NCBI RefSeq assembly: GCF_009914755.1
Contig: NC_060930.1
DNA length: 64,000 nt
From: the human T2T-CHM13v2.0 reference genome, Homo sapiens
Reading direction: 5' to 3' (one strand)
Below the pieces are notes generated by a model. That model ran no database searches. It was not told the origin of the DNA and was given only the letters and a program-made list of their open reading frames with translations. Made by a program: the position numbers and the translations under genes. Numbering within the stretch: the first letter of the stretch is position 1; every line of letters begins with the position of its first letter. Shown here piece after piece: positions 1 through 13,880 of the stretch.

Positions 1-185
1 TGGGGAGGGGAAGGGGTAATGGGAAATGACTACTACTGGGTACAGAGTTTCTTTGTGGGATGATGAAAATGTTCTGGAATGAGACAGTGGTGATGGTTGC
101 ACGACGTGTGAAAACACTAAAAATGAATGGATTATATAACTTAAAAGGACTGATTTTACGGTATGTGAATTGTATCTCAATTTTT
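1..185 (+). mobile_element. L1M (L1MB-like) 3' UTR end
   Basis: gggtacagagtttctttgtgggatgatgaaaatgttctggaat...gtgaattgtatctcaat is the typical old-L1 3' terminus. Confidence 0.8.
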
Positions 186-333
186 AGAAAGGAAAAATAT
201 ACTAGCACTGGGTCTTTTCCAGTCTCTCTCATGAAAGAGTCTAACTGGCTATTTCAATACTACATGACTGGCCATTAAAATTAAATATGGAGACTTATAC
301 TGACAGTCATTCTCTTGAATAAAACCATTCAAT

Positions 334-375
334 CTATCCTATTTGCATAGACTATCCTATTTGCATAGACTATCC
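334..375. repeat. 18-bp tandem duplication (ctatcctatttgcataga)x2.3 carrying two octamer ATTTGCAT motifs
   Basis: Read directly; octamers at 341-348 and 359-366. Confidence 0.9.
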
Positions 376-781
376 AATGTTCAATAGTTGTATTTTGTAT
401 AGACTATGAATGGCAAATCATGTATCTCTTCATAAAGACAAATGAGAAGGGATAATGAATAGCTGGAACAGAAGGGGACACACAATAATTTACACAATAA
501 TAATGCCTTGAAAGGTGATAGTACTATTATATTTCTAGTTGTAATATTACTATTATATAATCTTCTATATCTTTCCCAAAACTAAGTAATCAGATCTGTG
601 AAATTCAGGTCACCATTTTTACCCAACCCTCCCATCCCACCCACCTTGGCTCTTTTGCTCAGTAAACTGCGCCATCTAGCTAACAGAGAAATCATCACTA
701 AAAGGTTTGTTTCCTAAATCTCTCTTAAATCTCAAATACTTCTCACCAATTCCTCCATTTTTACAAAGTCATTCAAGGTAG

Positions 782-1100
782 GGCCGGGCATGGTAGCTCA
801 TGCCTGTAATCCCAGCACTTTCGGAGATGGAGGCAGGTGGATCACTTTAGGTTAGGAATTTGAGACTAGCCTGGCTGTCACGGCGCAAAACCCTGTCTCT
901 ACTAAAAATACCAAAAAAAATTTAGCTGGGTATGGTGGTGCATGCCTGTATTCCCAGCTACTCAGGAAGCTGAGGCACAAGAAGCACAAGAATCGCTTGA
1001 ACCCAGGAGACAGAAAACATTTGAATCTGGGAGGCAGAGGTTGCAGTGAACAGAGATTACACCACTACACTCCAGCGTGGGCAACAAGGCAAGAAAAAAA
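782..1100 (+). mobile_element. Alu (S-like) with small internal duplications in the right arm
   Basis: ggccgggcatggtagctca start; TSD aaagtcattcaag on both sides. Confidence 0.95.
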
Positions 1101-1236
1101 GTCATTCAAGATGGCCCCAGGCTAACATTTTAACCTTTCTACCCTCAACTCTTCCTTGCAACCATATTAGACTTTTCCCATTCCTTTAAAGAACCAATCT
1201 CTCTAGTCTTTATTTTGTATTTTTTATATTACTAGT

Positions 1237-2210
1237 ATTTTATTGTGGCACAATTTACATACAGCAAAATGCACAAGTCTTAAGTGACCAGCTTGAATTT
1301 TGACAGATATAAACACCTGTGTAACCACCAACCAAGATATACAACATTTTGTCCAGGAAGGGTGGCTCACACCTGTAATCCCAGCACTTTGTGGAGGGCC
1401 GAGGCAGGCGGATCACTTGAGGTCAGGAGTTTGAGACCAGCATGGCCAACACGGTGAAACCCCATCTCTATTAAAAACACAAAAATTAGCCAGGTGTGGT
1501 GGTGCACGCCTGTAATCCCAGCTACTTGGGAGGCTGAGAAAGGAGAATCGCTTGAACCCAGCAAGGTGGAGGTTGCAGTGAGCTGAGATGGCGCCACTGC
1601 ACTCCAGCCTGGGCAACAGAAGACATACAACATTTTCATTACCCTGTAAAGTTTCTGTGAACTCCTTTCCACTCAACCCTCCTGCCCACCCAAGGCAATC
1701 ACTATTCTGATTTCTATCACAATACGTATTTCTGTCTGCTCTTAAATTTCATATAAATAAAACCATACCCATATGTGTTATTTTGTATCTGGCTTCTTTT
1801 ATTTAAATTAATGTTTCTGAGATTCATCCATGTTATTAAGTACATCAATTTTCTTTTTTAGAGTTTAATATTAATGCAGTCTATGGATACACCATAAATT
1901 ATTGATCCACTCTCCTATGGCTGAACATTTGGATTTTCCCTTGTTTGGGGCTATTATGAATAAAGCTGTTATGAACATCCTTGTACAAGTTTTTTGTAGT
2001 CATGTGCATTAATTTCTCTTGGGTACAAATTACTTAAAAATGGAATTGCTGGATCATGCAATAGGTATATGTATAAATTCATCAGAAACTGCAAACTTTT
2101 TGCCCAAGTGGCTATACCGTTTCATGCTTCCATCAGTACCAGTTACTCCATAACTTCATTAACAATGGTATTATCAGTCTTCTTCATTTTAGCCATTCTG
2201 GTGGAGGTAT
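1237..2210 (-). mobile_element. Old L1M 3' fragment interrupted by an Alu
   Basis: Antisense L1 motifs such as gctattatgaataaagctgttatgaacat, ggaattgctggatca and ttttagccattctg. Confidence 0.75.
1351..1620 (+). mobile_element. Alu lacking an A-tail
   Basis: Dimeric Alu body; TSD aga(t/c)atacaacatttt. Confidence 0.93.
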
Positions 2211-2584
2211 AGTATATTTTTAAAATCTAGTTCAGTTTAATTATTAAATTATTTTAATATATTTTATATATATCGCTAAAACACAAAAAACATAGCAGAG
2301 ATTATAATCAAATAAATAATCCTCTGACCCATACTTCACCTTTCCCATATGCAACTATTAACTTTTTCTGGTTTTTGTTTGAGTATTTTCTATCTTCAAG
2401 TGTTTATACCACTATTCTTGACTTACCAACTTTAAGCATTATTGATTTTCCGGTATAATGGATGAAACTGTAGCTCATTTACCTTCCATTTCCAGCATTC
2501 CTCTCCTTTTGATCATTTTTAGTTCATCTACTGTTTACTTTAAAAATTATTATTCATATAAGTTTTTGTTTCACCAACTTTGGT

Positions 2585-2877
2585 TTTTTTGTTTTTGTTT
2601 GTTTTTTTGAGACAATCTCCCTCTGTCACCCAGGCTGGAGGACAGGGGCTCACTGCAACCTCCACCTCCCAGGTTCAAGCAATTCTCGTGCCTCAGCCTG
2701 CCAAGTAGCTGGGATTACAGGCACCCGCTACCACGTCAGGCTAATTTTTGTATTTTTAGTAGAGATGGGGTTTCGCCATGTTGCCTAGGCTGGTCTCCAA
2801 CTCCTGAGCTCAAGTGATCCACCCGCCTCAGCCTCCGAAAGTGCTGGGATTACAGGCGTGAGCTACCACACCCAGCC
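2585..2877 (-). mobile_element. Alu
   Basis: Antisense dimeric Alu with a T-rich tail. Confidence 0.93.
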
Positions 2878-3087
2878 ATTTCATCAACTTTTAACGGTAC
2901 CTCTATTCTCCACACATTAGTGAGGGTAACCCTAGTTGCAGCAGTTAAATAAGCCCCAAAATTTTACTTGTGGAACACAACAAAAATTTACACATTGCTG
3001 TTTTAATAACTACAGTTTGGTAGGCTTAAAGGAATTAAAACAGTCAACTCCTCAAATACTATTGATAAAACTAAGAGGGTGAGCACT

Positions 3088-3088
<1 letters not shown>

Positions 3089-3137
<49 letters not shown>
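3089..3137. repeat. (CT)24 microsatellite
   Basis: Perfect dinucleotide run. Confidence 0.97.
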
Positions 3138-3139
<2 letters not shown>

Positions 3140-3199
3140 GTCTGGGCTTTCCTCCATGCTGTTTCAGACCAAATATCCTTCTACATTCTCCCTTCTCCA

Positions 3200-3470
3200 C
3201 CTGGCTAGCCCCTATTAGGCTTTGAAATTTATGCTACCACAAAATCCCCAAAGAGTCTTCCCAGACTGCCAAGTATGAGCTGGATGCTTCTCCAGCACAC
3301 TGTGCTTAACTTTGTCACAGTCTTGATTATACAGTGTTGAAAATGGCTTTCTTGTCTGTCTCCTCCAAAACTATAAACTTCTTGAGGGAAAGGGAAAAAC
3401 TGTATTCACTACTACATCCTCAGCATTTAGCACAATGCCTAGATTATAATAGATACTCAAATATTAAATG
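3200..3470 (+). mobile_element. L2 3' end
   Basis: ctataaacttcttgaggg...cagcatttagcacaatgcctag...actcaaatatt resembles the L2 3' consensus. Confidence 0.65.
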
Positions 3471-3683
3471 CAAAATTAAATTACTTGAATAGTAATTGGT
3501 ACAATAGTAAATATTATTCAAATAATTACTTGATTAGTAATGACCTCAAATTCCTATTCAAGTAATGTATATTCAAATGACTATTTTCCACCCCTTATTC
3601 ATTAAATCACACATGGTTATGGAAAGGAAAATCAGAATGGATCAAAAATTTTAGATAATAGTCCACAAAATTTAATTTTTAAT

Positions 3684-3821
3684 CTTCTTTTTTTTTTTTA
3701 TTTAATGAGACTGGGTCTTGCTATTTTGCCCAGGCTGGTCTCAAACTCCTGAGCTCAAGCGATCCTCTTGCCTCAGCCTCCCAAAGTGCTGGGTTTACAG
3801 GCATCAGCCACCACGCCCAGC
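3684..3821 (-). mobile_element. FLAM / free left Alu monomer
   Basis: Monomer only; flanked by cacaaa(a/t)tttaatttt. Confidence 0.88.
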
Positions 3822-4635
3822 ACACAAATTTTAATTTTATATTTCAAATAAGAATATGCCTGAACACAAAGTTTAAAATCTTCTACTACAAAAAAAAACT
3901 TTATCAAAACAAATACCACTCCCTTATAATGTTACTAATATTGTTAAAGTAACAATTTCAAGTAAATTCTTGCATTTATTTAATAATTTATTAACAGCCC
4001 ACTTTGTTCCAAGCACCATATAGACAGATTCCAAGGATTCAATAGTGAATATATCAGATACAAACTCTGAGCTAAATTTCATGAAGTCATAGTGAATCTA
4101 TGCCAAAAATCCCCCATTTTAGACATGAAGAAACTAAGATTCACAGGAATTAGATACATTCTATTGACAGTTGCTTATGGGATTAATAATTCTTCTAAAT
4201 CAAGAAACTAAAAAACAGGTTGCACAGACTGAGATATTTAATTCCAAACCGAAATTAAGCAGAATAAGTAGCCTGAAGAACAAACTAGAATAAAAGTAGA
4301 ACTCATCCATATTGTAATCCAAGAGTTTATATATAGTATATATCACTAAAATATATGCAAGAGTAAGACTCTGCCCTGACAGGCAACCACTTCCTCCTGG
4401 TAACTCAGAAGATTTTTGACATCCTTGGAAAGAAGTGCTTCGCCAAAACATTTCATGAGATTCAGTTGATACTGCAGTTAGAGGGTGGAGCTGAGAATGA
4501 CCGGAAAGTTCAGCAAGGAAAGAGATTCTGAGAATCTGAGGAACCTGTGAACTGCTGCACGGCATACTCCCTCAGCAGTGCCAGCCTTACTAGCAAATCA
4601 AAACATACCTGATTCCCCTTTAAAATCTTCATCTC

Positions 4636-4938
<303 letters not shown>

Positions 4939-6803
4939 CTTCATCTCTATTGCTACCTAGCAAATGGGTCCAGGTACTAATAGTAACTTGCCAAAGATGT
5001 ACAGGATAATAGTGGAATCCAGATACAACCCCAAGTCTATCTGAATCCAAAGTTCAAGTTCTTTCCCACATTACGATCTGAAGCCAAAGGCATATTTAAA
5101 AATATATCTTTTTTTAGTTTTATCACTTCAATCTCCTATTTTTAATCTAGAATTACTAAGTTTATGTTAAATTTTATAGTTTGGTATCTTCTATAAGAAC
5201 ACATTTTAAAATGAAATTTATGGTCTTAAGAATAACTTACTTTGACCACAGTGAAAACAAGTTAAGCTATTTTCTTTGCTTAGAGTTTAAATGGGAAAAA
5301 GTTATTACCAATAATAATACCAACAACAAAAACCAGCACCATTTACTGCACATTTATATTCAGACTCGGAGCCAAGCCCCTCACATACCAGTATCAGATT
5401 TATTTTCAGTCTTTCTTCACTCTGCATTTATATCACTAGCACAACTTTGCTTCAATATTATTCAAGAGAAAAATAAACACTAAAAATAGGGAATTAATGG
5501 CCAATTAAATCTAACTGCTTAGAGCAAGAATATTAAATTGATAATTTTTATATTTTTAGGAGAACTAAAATAACTCTACTGATGTACTCAGTAGGGAGGG
5601 ATACTGACACAGCAGAAAGCCAACTTTTCCATCATAAGCCACCAATTCTTCAAAGAAGGAAAGCATCTGCAGCTACCACAAGAGCCTAAAGGTTGTGCTA
5701 ACAGCTAACTAGTCTATTCCCTTAGGGTGGCGGAAATGGAAAAGTTTTCAGCTACATCTATGACTTGTGTTACCACACCATCCCATCTTTCCTTACCATA
5801 ACACACACACAAATACACACACACATCAGAAACTGATGAGCAAAGCTGATATCTTTTTTCAAACTGTTCCTTCTCACAAAAGTGAGTAACACAAAAGTGA
5901 GAAGGAACAAAACCCCAGAAACCTGTATGGCCCACCTCTTTTCTATTACTGGCAATAATCGGTGTTTAAATCACCTTCTGACAATACAAAAATATGTCAC
6001 TTAGTCTTCTCATAGGAAACATAGTAGCTTGAAAAATAGTCCAATAGGTGTATACATACACACACACACACATCTTCCAAGAGTCTCATGACTTAACAGG
6101 CATAGTAGAGCAGACAACAGACAGATACACGATAGGACTGGAGGTTCTATTTGCTCGCTGGCTCCTTGTACCTTTTCAGGTCTTAAAAGGAAATAAAAAA
6201 TGCTACAGTGTAGTTCCTCCCTAGGCACTGACCTTGTATTAGTTTCCCAGAATCCTCCTAAAATAATAGCAAACTCCAATCCCAAACTCTTACAAGATTT
6301 CATTTTTAAGTATAGGAGTTGGCAGAAAGTCTTTATTTTGCCAAGGAAGCTAAATATATATTTGAGAAAAATATTAACTATCACCATATATTGCAAGGAA
6401 AAAAAACCCACATTTTTCATAAGGAAATATCCATGCTGAGTCTTCAACTCCAAAAGTAAAATTTTTGTTTGTTTTTAAGGAAAACACAAGGATCACACCA
6501 AAGAACAGATCTTGCTCAAGGGAAATTTCACATTTACTTAGTTCTATTCTCTTAACACCATACCAAATTTTAAAGAAAATAACTGTTACAGAACATCATG
6601 TTAAAAGTCTGAAAAAAAAATTCTTTTTCTACTTTGAGTGTTTTTTACAAAAATCTCAGTACTAAACTTTGATTTTGTCCCTTTCACAGAAAAGGTAAAA
6701 TACTTGATTCACACATCTATTTCCACTAATCTATACTTTCATAAAGTTGCACGCATATTTAAAAAGAAAAAGAAACTTGCACTCAGTGTAAAACATAAAA
6801 ACA

Positions 6804-7160
<357 letters not shown>

Positions 7161-7699
7161 TTAATAAAACTAAATAGATATTTCTCACTATACATATAAT
7201 TTAATAAAATAATTTTAAGCTTGGTAGAAATTAAATTAAAAAGAATTAGAGCCTTGGCTTATAGACATTTTAGAGTTTTTCTCAGAGGAATCCTCAGCAA
7301 ACATACATTCTATCAATTCCACTTCATAAATTTAAAAAAGCAAAGGTTTATTCCTTTATGCCAAGAGGAAAGTTCCAAGGATTCCACTGAAGTTTACAAA
7401 GCAGCCTGCTACACCACCATGGTGGCAAGAGAGGAAAAGAAAGAAAGAAGGAAAAGTGCTGCTCCACTCCACCCTGCCTGCTGGGCACTATGTGGAAGAA
7501 CTGCAAGTGACAGCCCCTTTCAGCTGATCCTGCCTCTCACCACAGAAACATCAATGCTGGGATATTGATGGATATATACACTGAGAAAGAACTGAGCAGA
7601 GGTGAATGAGGAAGTGGAGTTAATCAGCAACCCAAGCCAGACTGCTGCTGCCAGCAGTCTGAAGAAGTCAGTATTTCCCTATTTCTCTTCCCTCCTCAA

Positions 7700-8076
7700 T
7701 AAACTGAATGTTTATGCCCCTTGCCCTCCCAAATTCGTATGTTGAAATCCTAAACCCTAACCAAAGTGATGATATTAGGACATGAGGCCTCTGGGAGGTG
7801 ACTAGGTCACGAGGACAGAGCCCTCATGAATGGAATTAGTTCCCTTATGTAAGAGAGCCGAGAGAAATGGTTGGCTTTCCACCATGTGGAGACATAGGGA
7901 GAAGACAGCCGTCCATCTGTGAACTAGGAAGTGGACCCTTACCAGACACTGAATGGGCCAGACACTGAATGGGCCTTGATCCTGGACTTCCCAGCCTCCA
8001 GAATTGTTAGAAATAGGTGTTTATAAGCCACCAAGTCTATGGTATTTTGTTATGACAGCCCAAACAGACTAAGACA
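7700..8076 (+). mobile_element. MaLR solo LTR (MLT1A/MST-like)
   Basis: ctgaatgtttatgcccc...ccaaattcgtatgttgaaatcc...gtctatggtattttgttatgacagcccaaacagactaagaca; contains a 16-bp tandem duplication ccagacactgaatggg. Confidence 0.85.
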
Positions 8077-8212
8077 CCTCCTCAACCTATGCCCTTCACC
8101 CTACTTCCCCCTAATTTTCCCTTCAGCCACTCTTCACTTCATTTGGAAATATCTCGATGTTGTTAGAAGTACTCAGGAGTAATAATATTTTATTGTATTT
8201 TATATATATACA

Positions 8213-8515
8213 TTTTTTTTTTTGAGATGGGGTTCTCACTCTGTCACCCAGGCTGGAGTGTAGTGGTGCAATCGTAACTCACTGTAACCTCTAACTCCTG
8301 GACTCAAGCAATCCTCCCACCTCAGCCTCCCAGGTAGCTAGGACTACAGGTGAGTGCCACTATGCCCAGCTAATTATTATTATTATTATTATTATTATAG
8401 AGACAGGGTCTCACAATATTGTCCAGGCTGATCTCAAACTCTTGGCCTCAAGCAATCATCCCACCTCAGTCTCCCAAAGTGCTGGGATTACAGGTGGGGG
8501 CCACCACACCTAGAC
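8213..8515 (-). mobile_element. AluJ with (att)n linker
   Basis: Antisense diverged dimer. Confidence 0.9.
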
Positions 8516-9489
8516 TCAAGGGTAATAATCTTATAATCTTTATATCCTACAAAACTAGAATGATTAATAAATTTGAAATTTATATTTGTATTATTCCAGA
8601 TTAAATTATATTTCATGAAAATTAATGGACTCTCTGCTCTTGTGGGGGGAAAAATTCTCTGTATTTTTGCAAAGAAAAAAGTCTAGAAGAATATACAAAA
8701 AAAAATGATTACTTTTGAGTGTTGACATAACAGGTACTTTTACCAGCCTTTTTCTATATTGTCTGCTAATTTTACGACAAACATATTTTAATCTCATAAT
8801 CGCAAAACAAATTAATGGTTGAATTAATAGCATTTACCACGTTTTCAACCTACCAACCTTAAGATCACAGAGGCCACAAATGTAATAGACTTCATATTAG
8901 AACTTCCCTGTAATCCCAGGCTAAAAATGCTGACGTTCACATGATCCTGGTATTTTAATCACCCAGAATTACTTCCTGTTGTGGCATAATGTAAAGTGTA
9001 AAGCACTGTACAAAGGTATGAGGTTATAATTAGCCTTTGGTCAATAAGGTTCAAATGAAATTAAAACGTGACATGACATTCTTTTTTAGTGAGACGAGGT
9101 AATAACACATTTCATTCTTAAACGTTTTTCCTTTCTGTAAACTTGTACTTCTTCCAAGTTTATTCCATGATTACAAGCTCTTTAACTTATTTTCCCAGCA
9201 TCCCACTATATCCTCAACAGTTATTCTGCAATCATAGTCCCAAGTTTTAAAGTAATGAGTGAAATGTTCATTCCTAATTATTTCCGCCTTAAAATCCTCT
9301 CAGCTATGTGTGCCTATATGAACTACAAAATACTAGGCATTAGGTAATATAATGGTATGTAGAAGGAAGATGACAGAGAACAAGCCCTATCTACTCTTTA
9401 TGGTGTTGCCTCCATTCTCCCCAATCTATCAGTCCCTCTTAGCCTCTCTGACTCTCAATTCCCTTATATACTCTGTCCTTCCACCACCA

Positions 9490-10674
9490 GGAAAACTAAA
9501 CAAATAATAACTAAAATGAAAATTTCACCAGAGGGGCTCAACAGCAGAAGAAAGAATCAGAAAACTTAAAGACAGACAATTAAGAGTATCCAGTCTGACC
9601 AACAAAAAGAATGATGAAAAATGAACAGAGCCTTGGAGAGAGATCCATGGGACACCATGAAGCCTATAAACATATGTATAATGAGAGCTGCAATAAGAGA
9701 AGAGAGAAAGGAAAGGAAAGAAAGATTATGTGAAGAAATGATGACTGTGGTGGGGTGCAGCGGTTCATACATGTAATCCTAGCACTTTGAGAGGATGAGG
9801 CAGGAGGATCACTTGAGCTTAGGAGTTTGAGATCAGCCTGGACAACATAGTGAGACCTCATCTTTACAAAAAATTAAAAAAAAAAAATTAGCTGAGCATG
9901 GTGGTGCATACCTGCAGTCCCAGCTACTTGGGTGGCTGAGGTGGTAAAATTGCTTAAACCCAGCAGGTCAAGGCTGCAGCGAGCATGATTATGCCACTGC
10001 ACTCCAGCCTGGGCAACAGAGTGAGATCCTGTCTCAAACAAAATAAAATAAAATAAATTAAAAAAAAAAAGAAATGATGGCTGAAAACTTTTCAAATTTG
10101 ATGAAAAACATTAATCTACACATCCAAGGAGCTCAACAAACTCCAAGTAAGATAACTCAGAAAGCCGCACCAAGACACATCATAGGCAAACTGTCAAAGC
10201 CAAAGACAAAGACAGAATCTTGAAATCAACAAGAGGGAAAAAAAAAACCCTCTTCATATACAAGGGATTCTCAAGATTAACAGTTGATTTCTCATCAGAA
10301 ACCACGAAGGCCAGAAAGCAGAGATGACACAGTCAAAGTGTGAAAGAAAAAGACTATCAACCAAGAATTCTACATCCAACAACACTAATACTGCAAAACT
10401 CAAGAAGAGCTGGGTAAGACAGAAAAAGAATTACGACATTCCCAGATACAAAAACTGAAAGAATACATTGCTGGTATACCTGATATACAAAAAAATACTA
10501 ACAGGAGGCTTTCAGCTAAAATGAAAGGACTCTATACAGTAGCTCAAATCCACACAAAAAATTAAGAACACCAGTAAAAATAATGACATAGGTAAAGAGA
10601 AAAGAAATCATAAATGTATTTTTGTCTGTAACTCTTTTCTTCAATATGATGTAAAGGACAAATACATAAAACAA
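9490..10674 (+). mobile_element. L1M ORF1-region fossil, interrupted by AluJ (9750-10073) and by MER11
   Basis: aaatgaaaatttcaccagaggggctcaacagc, catccaaggagctcaacaaactccaagt and gatttctcatcagaaacc are L1 ORF1 motifs; the element resumes after 11723. Confidence 0.8.
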
Positions 10675-11722
10675 TGTTGCGGGAAGTCAGGGACCCCAAA
10701 AGGAGGGACCGGCTGGAGCCGCAGCAGAGGAACATAAATTGTGAAGATTTCATGGACATTTATCAGTCCCCAAAATTAATACTTTTATAATTTATTACAC
10801 CTGTCTTTACTGCAATCTCTGAACATAATTGTGAAGATTTCATGGACATTTATCAGTTCCCAAATAATACTCTTATAATTTCTTGTCTGTCTGTACTTTA
10901 ATCTCTTAATCCCGTTATCTTCGTAAGCCAAGAATGTACATCACCTCAGGACCACTATTGTACAAATAGATTGTAAAACGTGTGTTTGAACAATATGAAA
11001 TCAGTGCACCCTGAAAAAGAACAGAATAACAGTGATTTTCAGGGAACAAGGGAAGAAAACCACAAGGTCTGACTGCCTGCGGGGTCGGGCAGAATAGAGC
11101 CATATTTTTCTTCTTGCAGAGAGCCTATAAACGGACGTGCAAGTAGGAGAGATATTGCTGAAATCTTTTCCCAGCAAGGAATACCCTGGGGAAAGAATGC
11201 ATTCCTGGGGGGAGGTCTATAAACGGCCACTCTGGGAGTGTCTGTCTTATGCAGTTGAGATAAGGAATGAAATACGCCCTGGTCTCCTGCAGTACCCTCA
11301 GGCTTACTAGGATTGGGAAATTACAGCCCAGTAAATTTTGGTTAGACCGGATCTCTGCTCTCGAATCCTGTTTTCTGTTGAGATGTTTATCAAGACAATA
11401 CGTGCACAGCGGGACATAGACCCTCATCAGTAATTCTAATTTTGCCCTTGCCTTGCGATCTTTATTGCCCTTTGAAGCATGTGATCTTTGTGACCTACTC
11501 CCTGTATGTATACCCCCTCCCCTTTTAAAACCCCTAACAAAAACTTGCTGGTTTTGCGGCTCAGGGGACATCACAGACCTACCGATATGTGATGTTACCC
11601 CCGGAGGCCCAGCTGTAAAATTCCTCTCTTTGTACTCTTTCTCTTTATTTCTCAGACCGGCTGACACTTACGGAAAATAGAAAGAACATACGTTGAAATA
11701 TTAGGAGCTGGTTCCCCCAATA
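10675..11722 (+). mobile_element. MER11 (B-like) solo LTR of HERV-K11/HML-8
   Basis: Starts tgttgcgggaagtcagggacccc and ends ctggttcccccaata; perfect 6-bp TSD aaacaa (10669-10674 / 11723-11728); internal repeat of gaacata(a)attgtgaagatttcatggacatttatcagt. Confidence 0.93.
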
Positions 11723-11934
11723 AAACAATAATTATAAAATTGTGTTAGTGGGCTTAATGTATAAGACATATGTGCACAGTCACTGTGCAATACCATCCAT
11801 GGTAAACTTGTGTGAAAATCCCTATCATGTTGGGGTTAAGTATTTAGAGTACTGATAAAATGCTATTCAACCTAGAAACTGCACACTTTCTAAAGTTCTA
11901 TTAGGCAAACTCTCAATAAGAATATGAAGGCTAT

Positions 11935-12230
11935 GGCTGAGAGTGGTGACTCATGCCTGTAACTACAGCACTTTGGGAGGTTGTGGCGGGTGGATCACTT
12001 GAGGTCAGGTGTTCAAGACCAGCCTGGCCAACTTGGTGAAACCCTGTCTCTACTAAAATACAAAAAATGAGCTGGGCATGGTGGTGCACGCCTGTAATCC
12101 CAGTTATTTGGGAGGCTGAGGCAGGAGAATCATTTGAACCCAGAAGGCGGAAATTGCACTGAGCCAAGATTGCACTACTGCAACCCAGCCTGGGTGACAG
12201 AGTGAGATTCTGTCTCCTACAAAAAAAAAA
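11935..12230 (+). mobile_element. Alu
   Basis: Full dimer; TSD-like aagaat(at)gaaggct. Confidence 0.93.
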
Positions 12231-12586
12231 GAATGAAGGCTGTAACAGATTTTAAGAGTTAAGTTTCTCCATCACATTCCAAATTTATATAAAGACACAC
12301 ATGCCCATGGATTCCCTGGCACATAGAAGTCTCTGTTTCAAAAAGGACATTTATAATTGAGTTATCACTTCCTATTAATCAATACCTAAAATTTCAGCTA
12401 TTTACCCAATTAATTCATGGAAGGTAGGGCTGAAAATGCTGTGCTAAATTATGGTACTCTAACATAGAAAAATAGCCCACCAATAATATTTATATTGGTT
12501 GATATAATAACATGTAAGGATTTTAAAATGTGACAAATCACTTACCAAATGCTTATCTGGTAAAACATTACAAATACCTCCCCACG

Positions 12587-12884
12587 TTTTTTTTTTTTTT
12601 TTTTTTTGAGACAGAGTCTCGCTCTTTCACCCAGGCTAGAGTACAGTGGCACAATCTCAGCTCACTGAACCTCCTAGGTTCAAGCAATTCTCCTGTCTCA
12701 GCCTCCCGAGTAACTGGGACTACAGGCGCATGCCACCACACCCAGCTAATTTTTGTATTTTCAGTAGAGGTGGGATTTCCCCATATTGGTCAGGCTGGTC
12801 TCGAACTCCTGACCTCAGGTGATCCACCCCCCCAACAGCCTCCCAAAGTGCTGGGATTATAAGTGTGAGCCACCATGCCCAGCC
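12587..12884 (-). mobile_element. Alu
   Basis: Antisense dimer with a long T run. Confidence 0.93.
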
Positions 12885-12961
12885 ACAAATACCACTTTAT
12901 AATCAATGGAAAATCACCAAATTAGAATTTTTTCAAACAATTTGCATCCTAAAGCAAACAT

Positions 12962-13129
12962 AGGTCCAAGCATGGTGGCTCACGCCTGCAATCCCAGCAC
13001 TTTGGGAGGCCAAGGCAGGATTGCTTGAGGCCAGGGGTTCAAGGTTACAGTGAGATATGATTAAGCCACTGCACTCCAGCCTGGGTGGCAGAGCAAGACC
13101 TTGTCTCTAAAAAAAAATTTAAAAATAAA
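12962..13129 (+). mobile_element. FRAM / monomeric Alu
   Basis: Single monomer ending actccagcctgggtggcagagcaagacc plus A-tail. Confidence 0.8.
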
Positions 13130-13719
13130 AGTAACACAAACTTAGAATCGTGGACCACTGGTAGAATTTTTTCATTCTGTTCATTCATTTATTTATTCAA
13201 GAAACATTTATGGCACACTTGCTATGTCAGACACTATGGTAGGAACTAGAGATAAAAAGACAAGGTCTGCCCCTCAAAGTACACACAGTCCAGGGAGAGG
13301 CTCCCATTCTAGAATTAAAGAAGGTATGATTAGAAGAGACCTAATAGTTCCCTTATTTAACAGATGAAACTGGAACTGATCACTACTTAGCTACTAAGGC
13401 AGACAGACATCCAGGTCTAGAGATTTCCCACCCCATGTGTTCTTTGCACCACACTTCTTATGACTAAAAGCGATGAAGGAGTGTTTCCATGCAGGTGAAG
13501 CAGAAACATGGAACTGTGGGCAATATATGTAATAGTTATTAAATTAGAGACAGAAATCCCTAATGGATACGGACAATATAATTATTTAACAATTATTAAG
13601 TAACAATTATTTAAATAAATTTCTAACAATTTAGAGACAAACATCTCTAATAGATGTGATATTATGGTAAAGCCCTAATTAGCAATCTTTACTGAAGAAC
13701 TAAAATAAGGTAATATAAT

Positions 13720-13880
13720 AGTAAGCCTTCTGAGCTATAATTAGTTTTGCCTCTGTTTTCTGATCTGTAAAATGGGGATATTAAAATTTTATTTCACAGA
13801 TTGTTGTGAAAATTAAGTGAATTAATACTTGAAACCATTTAGTAAGCCTGGTATCTAGTACACACTCATTAAATGTTTAG
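13720..13880 (+). mobile_element. MIR fragment
   Basis: ctctgttttctgatctgtaaaatggggata...ttgttgtgaaaattaagtga is the MIR core. Confidence 0.7.

Noticed and set aside
3003-3200. ORF with an (ER)n repeat
   Set aside because: Translation of the (CT)24 microsatellite.
11125-11667. 180-aa minus-strand ORF
   Set aside because: Lies wholly within the MER11 LTR; no recognisable domain.
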